Assembly: GCA_000165425.1 (NCBI GenBank)
Contig: CT868285.1
Coordinates: forward strand, 1-64,000
Source of the DNA: Paramecium tetraurelia
Lineage: Eukaryota
DNA: 64,000 nt
Reading direction: 5' to 3'
Translations under genes and position numbers: made by a program
Shown here: one piece after another, positions 1 through 11,456 of the stretch
Numbering within the stretch: the stretch's first letter is position 1
Layout: each line of letters opens with the position of its first letter
The notes under the pieces: generated by a model
Database searches by the model: none
What the model saw: only the letters and a program-made list of their open reading frames with translations
Told to the model about the DNA's origin: nothing

Positions 1-630
1 ACCCCTTTTTAAACCCAATTGTCTATCATTAAGCGGAATGTTTTTCTTTTTTGGGCAGTTCTTATCACTGCAGGGTTCCTGTCAGGGAATAAATCCCATT
101 TGTGGATGACTAAACTATCACTGACCAGTTCTGGTATCGCCTTCATAAACCCGTACTTTTAAATTCTTGCTGCACCTTCTGATAAAGTCCGATCATACCT
201 GAATTTTCCTAACTGAAAATCTTTTATAAATCTTCTCTCGTCTCCTTGTTCATTAATCCAAATTTTGGGGGGTTAATAACGAGGGGCGCGCCGATAAGGG
301 AGAATCTGGCCCATCTACTGTCGATATCCGTCTCCATTAATGCTTCCTTCATTTTGTCTTCAAGAATTCTTTCATTCTCCATCCAGCACGTCTTCATTCT
401 CCTGAAGAGTAAGTCCTTCTCTGTTTCTCCTCCCTTTGGTCTTGATCCGCAGATGAATAACATTTTAAAACAGGGTCCTCCATATCCCCTTTCTCCATTA
501 ATGTCCTAATCAAGCAGTCCGCAGTCAAAGAGTAATCATAGTTGGCCTATTAGGGGGATGTTGAGTTTTTTTATCCCTAATAGGGACTCCTCTTTGAGAA
601 CCCGAACTGTATCTTTTTTGTTACATTTGG
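1..630 (-). mobile_element. GC-rich disrupted ORF, possible mobile-element or germline-derived remnant (runs off window edge)
   Basis: Visibly GC-richer than the rest of the window (29/60 G+C at 241-300). Minus frame reads ...VRVLKEESLLGIKKLNIPLIGQL*LLFDCGLLDQ...DSRWARFSLIGAPLVINPP with an in-frame TGA at 538-536. A second frame PKIWINEQGDERRFIKDFQLGKFRYDR...MIDNWVQKG is open to base 1. No diagnostic domain recognised. Confidence 0.35.
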
Positions 631-699
631 ACTTTTTAAAAAAAATTATTAATGGCTCTATTAATTAATTGGAGTTATACATCTAAATTTTTTCATCAG

Positions 700-3600
700 T
701 TGAAACTTCTATATATTAATAAGAAGATTTAATATATTTAGAACTTCAAATTAATTGACAATATAGTTGGTTTCTATTCATAGAAATTACTAGGATTATT
801 ATGGCTTAGAATCCTGCTCTTGTTTTTTAAACAAAGTGTAAATTGCTTTTTTGAGTTTTCAAAAGATTTTTTCTAACTAGTAGAAGGTATGTAGATTCAT
901 CGTAATCTCATCTAAACTTGCAGAAAGACAATCATTTTTAATCCAAATTTAATGCTAAAATTATTGCCCATATTGGAAAACCTCTTACTTGAGACAATCG
1001 AAGGACTTGGTATGAAAAAAGCAGCACACAATATCAACGGTCAATTAAGCTAATTTAGTTAAAAATTTGTCTCCAGGTTGTATATAAATGCTAAGCAAAT
1101 GGTTAGATTCAGGCCTAGTGCATTGATTACTGATAACCTCAGTTATCTAGAGCTATTTATACCTCTAAAAGATATGATTACCCAAAATCTACTGCTGAAA
1201 ACCTTTTGAAATCTATTCATTCTTAATTGAGATTCTAATGATTTGTTGGTTGATCAACTGAATCTTCTAGTATTAATTCCAAAACTTAAGTCTACTAAAT
1301 TACACAGATTAAATTCATAATAGAGATAGAGATGTTTCTCTGTTTATTAAGATGAATGCAGTAGGAATTATTTCAAAAACTGCAAATACTAAGTCAATAA
1401 CAATAAAAAATAGCTGAAAATTTTCAATCGTTTGTCTATTATCTTAAAGAAATAGGATTCATGATGTAAGAAGTACACTGGATCATATTGATCAATTTGA
1501 AATCCAGCATGTAACAATTAGCAACAATAACTTCTGATTAGTATTATTGATTAAATAATTGCTCAAATATGATGTATGCTGGTACTTTTAATGTTATTTA
1601 AGGAGATAATATCCATATCGTTGCTTAAAGAAAAAAGACTTTTTTTTTTAATTTTTCTAATTTAAACTTCGGATCATCACCCAAAACTATAATAAATGCT
1701 GTTAATATAGTTAACATAGTAAGCTAACCGAAATATGCAATTCATTGTCCCTAAAATTAATTATTATAGTCGCAATCAATAATGTATGTCGACCTAGTAT
1801 TATAAAAAATTCCTTGAACACAATTTCTGTGTTTAATATTATTGTGTTTTTATTTTCAATTTAGTAATCATTTTACACAATACTCAAAGAATAATCACTT
1901 CTTTTATAGCTGCCTACCAATCTTTGTTATTTTATGCAATGCTGAAACAAACTCATCGAATATTGCAACATTTGTTAGCAGCAGTTAGCAACCTAATATA
2001 CTGTAAAATGGCTACTAATTAAATGTAAACACCAAAAAACATCACCTTATGCTATTTGTAATATTTCTACTTTCACCTTGTGCATAAAATTTTAATGCTG
2101 AAACACTCGATATTTTATTCCTTACACTGTTTGTAAAATATTAGAACTATTCAAGGATATCATCACATACTTATGGTAACTGCTTGAAAAATACTATATA
2201 AAACATTTGGAAATCCAGATGACTACATAACTCGAAGTATGGTGCATATATTTTGACATCTTCTCTTCTCAGATATATAGTAACTATAAATACTAAGAGC
2301 TCTTTGTGTGTAATTACTCCATTTGCTTGATGCTCAATTCAACATGGACTAAACTTATTATGCTTTACTCTTTTAGTATTGATTCTAGAAGCAGCAATCC
2401 CTCAGTTAAGACTTATTAAGCATGCTCTTTCTTTCTTCTGAATATTATACAACTTCCTCTTATTGATATTAAATTTCCTCTTTCAATTATGGATTGCTGT
2501 GCAAATGCATCTGACGTAAGAGAAGAATCTTATGCAACCTTTTTTTAGTTTGTAAATATTTAAAATATGTCTCTTTTTCTAAAAAGAATGATTTACTTAC
2601 TAAATCTCATAATAGTCTAAGTTACTTCTTTCCATCTATATTTTAAATGCTCTGACTATCTAAACCTTTCATCTTAAATGCAACACCGAAGTATAATCAT
2701 ACATCTGTTTTAGGATGAATATTTTATTTTGATAGCAATCAAACAATAAAATGGATTCATAATTGAGCTATATGTATTACGTTTTTTTGAGGACTTTTTT
2801 TAGTTAAAAATAAACTTTTCCAATAAATATTGCCATATTGCCTATAATTATTCTACTTGCACAGTCTACAATATTTGCTGCTTAATTCGTGATTTAATTC
2901 ATTCTTTAAATAGATGTAACCCGTGTAACCCTTCATTTCGAAGATCTTAATAGCAGTAACGCATACTTATTAAGAGTATTATTTGCTGCAACTATCTTGC
3001 CATATGTGTTTATACTCTGGCGACTATTATTGTTACTTTAAATGATAAGAGTTACAAATAAGGTAGATTATTCTGTGGATACTTTAATAAATATTTAAGT
3101 AATAATTATGCTTACACATACAACTTCATTTGGTTATTGTGATATTACTTCTGTTTTTCGGTCTAATAAAGTGTCTGGGGTTACAATATATATCTCTTAA
3201 AATCATCTTTATAATAAGGTTCTTATTGCTAGAGTTGTTGCACATTCAATTAGAGATCTATCTTTCTATCAAATGAATTAATACGCGATTTTAAGGAATG
3301 TTGGCAATTTTAGTTTCTCTCTTTTGGTCTATCATTTGAAGGCTTTAGCACCCATTACACAATGCTTTGTTACAATCAACTCAAAACTTTTATAATATGA
3401 TATTGCAATTTGTTTAAACCATTTCTGTATCAAATAACATTAAGTTGCTGATACCTAATGTTAGGAAAGTCTAGTTTGATTCGATCAAAAATCGCAGCAA
3501 TCCTAATATTCCATTACTGTTCAAAATTGAGTTTGCATTGTACGCAGCCTGCCTAATAAATAGATAAAGTGCATTTCTCACATACGCTAACATGAATAGT

Positions 3601-4372
3601 GATAATTTCTGGTTGTGTGCTGAAAGAATAACTGTGTACCATTGCTTTAAATGAATTAAATCAATACTCACATATTTACATAAGTGAATCAGCTATTATA
3701 CTAGTCATTATAAGCTGATGTAATAAGTATGTACTTTCTTCATACCTAAAGCATTATGTTGGCTTCCAAGGTTCAATTTGTCTATCAATGCTTAATATGA
3801 ACAAGTATTTTTTACTCCAGGAATGTTGTCATATTTCTGTATATCTATTTTGAGCCTGTGCTTCCAATATGGACTGTGCATATAACTTATTAATACCCTT
3901 GTTGCTATGGTCGTATCATAGCAAGTAGTAAATTAAGGTCATCCATGAATAGTTTAAAGTTAATTTTTTGTGATGCAACATCAATTCAATAATTGTAGAT
4001 CTTGATAAGCAGGATATTATTCTGAAGTAAACTTGGCTTTAGGCATCTATTCTAAGATAATTTAAATTTAAACAGATGCTTAATAATGTATTTTATAGAG
4101 AATCTCAAAGTAGAAAAGACTCACTCTAACCAATAGAAGCTCATCCTTTAGAGCCAATCTTAATAGTTACTTTAAATATCGTTAAACATCATTTAATTCT
4201 CTTTATATTTTTAATTTTCAATGAAATTTTCACTAAAATTATTAATTATTTTTCCTTGACATAACTTTGGTGTTACTTTTCCAAATTACTTCGGCATTTC
4301 TCTCATCAAGATTAGTAATTTCATTACAAGAAGTCTAAGCAGACATTCAAATACATTCCACAATTTGAGCAT
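700..4372 (-). pseudogene. Decayed large PAS-like/transmembrane protein gene
   Basis: Protein-like segments (ELLLVRVSLFYFEILYKIHY; NTYGKIVAANNTLNK; QDSSLTSDAFAQ; C-terminal hydrophobic GFPIWAIILAL) lie in different frames separated by many TGAs and frameshifts that tiny introns cannot explain. Architecture resembles ciliate PAS-domain membrane proteins. Boundaries approximate. Confidence 0.5.
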
Positions 4373-4519
4373 TTTACATAAATAAATTTGGGTTAATTGA
4401 ATTTCTAATAAGAAAATCTTACTAATTAATAATTTAATATTATTATAATAAAATGAAAACCATCCTTATTTATAATAGAGAAAAATTAATACATTTGAAA
4501 TGATAAAATTTCAAAAAAT

Positions 4520-6139
4520 TCATTGTTTAAATATGGATTTTTTAATTGAATTTTTACATCTCCTAACCTCATCATTTTCATTCAGATGACTTAATTGATT
4601 TTAGGTGTTTCCATTTAATTTTGATGTAAATGATGATTATTTTCTAAATTAATTTACATCAGGACTGAAACTGTTGCATTATGTGCGAATACGAAAATCT
4701 GAATTCTATCTTTATAATTTATTGATTTAAGGAGATTAAGGACTTAAAGGACTTGCATCTTAAGAAAATGTTTATTAATTACAGAATTGCAATTATCCTT
4801 TTTATTAATTGTTTTTTTCAGTTAATTATTTTAACTTTTAACTTGCTTTAAATTCCATTACTTCTGACAATCTCTCTTTTCTTAACCATTAATGGTTTAA
4901 AGCTAATTAAGAACTTAGCCTTTCGTGAGGATTTTCATTTAAAATGCTTTTTATGAAATCAATACCTTCATCACTTAAAAATAATTTAGAAAAATCTATA
5001 TGACATTCTTAATTAGATTCTATTATATTTTCTAAATTTTGCCCTTAAAAAGGGATTTTCCCGCATAAAGAGTAATACATAACGATTCCAGCGCTAAAAA
5101 CATCTGCTTTTTGATCATAATATTCATTTCTTAATATTTCAGGTGCTGTAAAACCAGGTGTGCCAAATCTTACTCTAAGATAATCAGGAATTAATTATTC
5201 ATTATCTGAATCAGCTGAATCTACATTTTATTACACAATCTCTGCCAGTCCATAAGAACTTAGACAAGGATTTTCTAAACTTCCATTTAATCCAAGCCAA
5301 ATATTTTCTGGTTTTATGTCTCTATGCATAATGTTTTTTGAATGAAGATAAGCCAATCCCTTGAAAATCTTAAACATGAATTTCTGGGCCTTCTCTTCAG
5401 AAAGTGTTGGAAATTTTTAAATATAATTATTTAATGTTCCTCCTAGTGTCAGTTAGGTGACAACAATAATCTATTCCGGGTTCTCAAACACCTCATAAAA
5501 TTTTTACAAATATTCATGGTTAATTCTTCTTTGAATATATACGGATTTTTCTAATTGAATTTCTATTTATGATGTGAGAGTAGTTTTTTAATAAATAGTA
5601 CATTAATAATCATGAGTTTCGTTCCTTTTTTAAATTCTATAAGTCTAAACTAATAAATAGTAGTACTTCTTAAGAAATTTACTTAATAACTTCAAAGTAC
5701 TTAAAAAAATCCGATTAAATTGTAAATCTCTTGATGTAAGATAGTAAAGGGACAACATCACAAAAAATTACTATTTCATCAAAGCATTTTATTAATTTGA
5801 TACCCTCTCCATATTGATCATTTTAAAGTCTCTCAAGAATTGAATTTTCGTAATCTAACCAACAACTATCACCCTAGAATAAACATTTTAACATACGTTT
5901 CTTTTAGTTGTTTTCATTATATTTTACCATACCATCAATTATTTTTTCTTGGGCTAATTATGCTTCCCTAACAAAATAACTTCAATTTGTAAATCAAACT
6001 CTCCTTAAATTTTTGCTATTTTTCTTCTGCTCCATTCCATTCGGAGAAATTTTCTTTAAAAAAAGCTTTTTCTATGGGATGCCTCGTATTCTATTTTGTT
6101 TTAAACCTAGTCAAGAACTTTCTTTTGACACCTTTTCAT
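4520..6139 (-). CDS. CAMK-like Ser/Thr kinase-fold protein, probable pseudokinase
   Basis: [21 protein letters not shown] and DVFSAG motifs; DFG replaced by SYG; short GT..AG introns; TGA at 4522-4520. Confidence 0.85.
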
Positions 6140-7038
6140 ATATATTAAATTTAATTTTAAATCATTTTTCCTTGTTTTCAACCATTAATAATGAAATAAA
6201 TTTATATTATTATAACAATTTTGTTTATTTTTTTATGTTTAGCTTCATTCATATCATCTAATAGACAGCTCAAAATTTCATATATTTATTAAAAGAAATT
6301 AATTAAGGTATTTGGAAACGGTAAATTTGATTTTGCATTTACATAAAAAAGATTTAATAAAGAAGAGGAAAATTTAAAAAATTAAGTTGACTTGAAAATT
6401 AAGTTGGGAGCATTAAGTAGAATACTATAACTTAAATTTTCTTCATACTAAGCAGCACAGGTTCAAGATTTAGGTGCATGTAAAATTTTAAATACCTGCA
6501 TTGTGAAACGTCATAAGTCTCATCAAAAAATTGTTTATACTGTTCATTTTTTACCTTAATATTGTTTATCCTAATTTTAATTCAAATTTACATTATTTTT
6601 CTTTTGATGCAATTTTAATTTCTTTAATCCTTTTTTTCAAATTTACTTTCTTGAAAGTAATCCCTATTTATATTGAAATTGAAATCATTATTCTTGTAAA
6701 TTAATTTCAAAAAAGTAATTGTTCTCCATAAATCAATATTGTTTTTTGTAATTAAACAATTTTCTCTTGAGTTTGATTAGAATTCGTCTAGGCTACTTTA
6801 TCGAAATTCTATAAAAGATTGCTTTTTCGATTACAGTATGATATGTTAGAATTAATTTCTGCTGTGAATCTTTATTTGGATATATGAACATGATATTTAT
6901 CTCATTTGTTTACAAAATCTAAATTGCTTGTAAAACTCTAAAAGAAAGAAATTTCAAATTCATGAGAAAGGAAAATGCCTTTTAAACAAAATTATTTAAT
7001 TTATTAATTAATTAGATGTATCTAATTAATTATATTTA

Positions 7039-7764
7039 ATGGGATAGAGCGTAAAGTGTTGTAATAAGTAAGAAGACAGTCTATCAGAAATTTATTCATA
7101 ACAGATCTAAGCTGAGTACTTTGGTCCTGAATATGCTCATTAGTACTAAATACAAACGAAATTTATAACTCATTTTTAAGCATATGATAATGAAGAGAAA
7201 CAATTAAGAAAAGAAACTCAAACACTCTCTACTCGAAATCATGTTGATTCAGAGTTAGCTTAAAGCCCGTTTTAGAAAAACGATAAATATTTAATTAATA
7301 CCGATTAAATTCTTGATTCCTTTTTTAATCTTGATTCTAATAATTCCAACTCATCATATGAAAATTCAATATGTGCTAATAACAGTATACTCAAAAAAAC
7401 GAATTAATAAACACCTAAACATACAAAATGTGTGAAATTCAAAGATATTTGTTCTAAAATATCATTTAGTATCTCTCAAAAAAAGGAATTAGGCTAATCA
7501 TTAAAGATACAGCATAAATAATTTCATTTATTTTTTGAGAAATATTACTACTTTATATTTAATTTATTCTTTATAATTGATGAATTTCTATTGATTAAAT
7601 AAAAATTTAAAAGTCCTATTTTATAAATTTCACACTATTTTTTCAACAAATAAGAAACATTATAACCATATTAAGATGAATCAAAATTCATTATTATTAA
7701 CGCCATTTAATTTAATTAATAACATTTCTGCTATGAAACATATTTAAACAAATTTGTTAAATGA
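7039..7764 (+). CDS. Hypothetical N-myristoylated protein (MGQSVKCC...)
   Basis: Open ciliate-code frame from ATG 7039 with SILKK and KCVKF motifs. First in-frame TGA is at 7762-7764; the 3' part looks UTR-like, so the end is uncertain. Confidence 0.6.
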
Positions 7765-8513
7765 AAAAATACACATATGAATAAAGGATTCCACTATATA
7801 TGTATTTGAGAACAATTTCAAGCAATAAAGAAAATTAAGAAATAATTTTCACTTGTAGAATCAAATTTGGAAAGCAGAACTCAGATAATAACAAGTTTTC
7901 AATCCTATTTGTTTTGATTCAATTACAACTTTCCTAAAAAGGCCATCCATTTAAAAAATAAAATAATACACTCGTTAGATTAAGCATAAATAAATAATTA
8001 AAATTATGAAATATGTTATTAAATAGACAAGGATTTTTACAATATTTCTCGATTTGCTCATAGTAATACATAAAAAAATCTATAATTTCCAAAAGGTTCT
8101 AATCTATCAAGAATTCTGAATTACTTCCAATACTAATTTAATAAGAGTAATTCTTGAAGTCCATAAGAAGAATAATGAATATCAATTCGATTTTATGATT
8201 GAAAATCAAATCCATGAAGATCCTGTATTGTTTTTAAAAAAATTTTGGACCAGAAATGTCTGAAGATTGATTGAATAATGATGATTCTATTATTTCTAAA
8301 TTATTTATTAATATAAGTATTATTACAGTTTATCGTTTTTCTCAAATATTTGAACTAAATGAAAACAACTTAAAATTAATTGGCTGGATATAAAATTACT
8401 AAAACCTTAAATAGAGGGGAAGTTAAGTTATTTTTCATATATCAAATATTATTTATCGTTGATGGATCTTAATAAATTCATGGTATTATAGAAATCTTAA
8501 ATTGATTTAATTA

Positions 8514-9978
8514 ATGTAGCAGAGAAATTAGTTAGTTTCAAATAACTTAGATTTACGCAATTCTTTCTTTACGCCAGAAACAAATTTGTGGACCACTAAT
8601 ATAAACTTTGTTTCATAATAAAATGCTTTAATTGTTGTTAAATATTTAGGAAAAGTTAAGGAAAAAAATTTATATATTGGAGCATAATACATAAAATATT
8701 CAAGAAATGTAAGAAAAGTATATAAATTAGAAATATATCTCCTTTATTGAGGCATTTTTAACTATCTTACGGAATTCTAACGATGAAATAGTAGGATTTC
8801 GATTGGAGAAAAATTGCAATAGAATTGAGTTATTCGGATAAATAAGTGGTTGGCTGGCTATCCTTATGAAAGAATGTATATGTTTAGACTTTGTTTCCAA
8901 TTTTCAGATAGTACGATTGTTAGGTAGTGGATCCGCAGCAAATGTAAGCTAAATAGGTTTAACTTAGGTTTATAAAGTGAAATCAAAGATTGACAATCAA
9001 GATTATGCTATAAAAGTGTTTGATAAATCCTTATCCTAAAAAGACTCAACAATCTAATAATCAATAAAAATGGAAGTAAGGATTTTAAGATAATTAAATC
9101 ATCCAAATATCATATAATATAAGGGAGTTTTTGAATCAAATGCTTAGATCATCTTAGTGTAAGAACTTTTAGAAGGTGGAGACTTGAAAACTATATTGGG
9201 AGATGAGATAGTTAACGAAGTAGCTGCTAAACAAATATTAAGATCAATTCTAAAAGGATTAAACTATATGCATAATAAAGGCATATTTCATAGGGACATT
9301 AAAAAATGTAATTTAATGTTAAGAACGTAAGATAACTTTAATTCTGTATGTTTAATTGATTTCGGACTAGCTGAAAAAGCAAATGATGATAATAATTATA
9401 TATTTAAATATTGTGGAACTCCTGGGTGTGTAGCACCAGAGATTTTGAGAAAACAAAAATATGGATTAAAAGTTGATATTTATAGTGTTGGAATTTTGGG
9501 CTATCAAATCTTATTTGGGAAAGACCCTTATTAATCAGGTTCAACAAAAGAAACCATTCTAAAAAATTTTCTTGGGCATATTGATTTTTTAAATGTACCT
9601 TAGGTATCTAATAATGGATTGTGTTTTTTAAAATCATTATTGTATGAGGATCCAATTAATAGATTATCAGCAAAATAAGCATTAAAACACCCTTTTTTAT
9701 ATAATGAAGAAAATTAATTAATAGTCAGAAATTATCTTGATTTAAATAGGAGTAAAGCTGTTTCTCCAAAATTGAAGCCATTAATCTTCAAAAATTCAAG
9801 AAATTCATCCCCAAACGGAAGTCCTAAAATATTGCCGAATAAGGTCTATTTTAGAGCCCAAGCAAGTCCTTTAAGAAAAAAGGAGTAAATCGACAAAATT
9901 TCAAATTCTGAAAATTATGGAAAATTATCGTTATCATAGAATTTTAAAAATACATTTAAAAAAATGAATACAAAATGA
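8514..9978 (+). CDS. CAMK-family Ser/Thr protein kinase
   Basis: LGSGSAA, YAIK, HRDIKKCN, DFG, YCGTPGCVAPE; two short introns; TGA 9976-9978. Confidence 0.92.
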
Positions 9979-10143
9979 ATTTAGTGTATATTTGCTATTA
10001 ATTGATATTTATAATTTAAATATTGTTATTCATTTAGAATTTTCCAAATCTTTTTCAATTTTTTATAATTTTGTTTAAAGATTATTGATAATTTGTTTAC
10101 AGATATATTGAAATACCATCAGGTAAGTATATGCATAACTATA

Positions 10144-10215
10144 GGATCTATCGTATAGTGGTTAGTACCTGAGGCTTTAACCCTCAAGACCTTGGTTCGA
10201 ATCCAAGTAGGTCCT
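10144..10215 (+). tRNA. tRNA-Gln with anticodon UUA (reads reassigned UAA/UAG)
   Basis: Acceptor GGATCTA/TAGGTCC, D-loop TAGTGGTTAG, anticodon stem TGAGG/CCTCA with loop CT-TTA-AC (TTA at 10177-10179), T-arm CTTGG-TTCGAAT-CCAAG, discriminator T, downstream T-runs. Confidence 0.96.
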
Positions 10216-10288
10216 ATTTTATTTTTATGCTTTATAATAATAATTGAAATATTAATATTTTATATTTTTGTTTTTGATTCAAATAATA

Positions 10289-11313
10289 TCAAGGATATAA
10301 CTTTCCAACTAGATTTTAATCTATGAATCTAGAACCCCTCGAGGATTGTTCAATTACTCTATTAACAGAGGAACTAGTCACATTCTATTGTACAGTAACT
10401 TATTTAACTTCGGTTACTCCCCCTTTTTTAAGGGCTTCTAATTCAGCTTACGCCATAATCAATTTTTCTTATGTCTCAAAAAAATCATTGTTTAATTTCT
10501 TAAATCTTGTTTTCCAAACTTCAACTTCCTTCATAGAGAATGAGAGATTACATTAGTTAAAGTCACAGTTTCAGTGCTTTCGACAGTAACAGTGCTTTCC
10601 ATATGATGATATCTTTATTCCCATTCATCTAATTCTTATAACTTAGATTAAAGAAGGCCTTAAAGTTTTTCTAATTCCAATTTTGAATTATATAATTAAC
10701 TCTAATTTAACAAAATGAAAATACTTCTAAAATTGCTAATCTATCTTTCAAAGATTAAGATGAATTATCACTTCTTAATTCTAGATACTATCCTTCCTTT
10801 TGTCTCAATCTATCCTATTCATTTCTAAGGTTTATTTTTATTCTTTCTATTTCCATTTACAAATCTGCTATCTAAAATTTTATATTGCTAGAATACTCTA
10901 GTTGTATTTTCAACTTTGACTGTTTCTTTTTCCATTTTTACTTATGGCTATCTACTTAACAATTCAGCAACTCTTTTTCTCAAAATAAGAACTTCCTCCT
11001 TATATTATTCTTCCTCCTCGCAATGACATTCTTTTTCACATTATTATGGGTATGGCATGGGAATATAAATTGGCATGGGCATTGCTTATGGTTGAGGACA
11101 TGGTTATGGGCAAGGTTGACAACATGAAGTATTGAAAGCAACGTTATAAACTCCATTGGTTTATCTGCTTGCTAAGGTAGCAAATGTAGTTGTCAAATAA
11201 TTTCTTCTTACAAAGCTATAAGTTGATCTTTATTCATTTTCAACTGTAATCACTCGATCAGATACCTTTGTTGTCAAAAAGCTTTCCTCCCTTTTTGTCG
11301 TCGTATTAATCAT
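10289..11313 (-). CDS. Coiled-coil protein with Cys/Pro/Gln-rich insert (possible cortical cytoskeleton protein)
   Basis: MINTTTKRE...CCQPCPQPCPQPQAMPMPIYIPMPYP... then heptad-rich region ending EVEVWKTRFKKLNNDFFETQEKLIMAQAELEALKK; one 23-nt intron restores frame. Confidence 0.8.
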
Positions 11314-11456
11314 TGTTAAGAAATAAAATTTATATTAATGCAATCAACTTATTTACTAATTATACTTAAATTGCAATTATGTTTTGAAAAGCTAATTATA
11401 TTGAAAGTATTATTGCCATTAAGTTATGAATATTCAATTTTAATTATTTAATTTTT

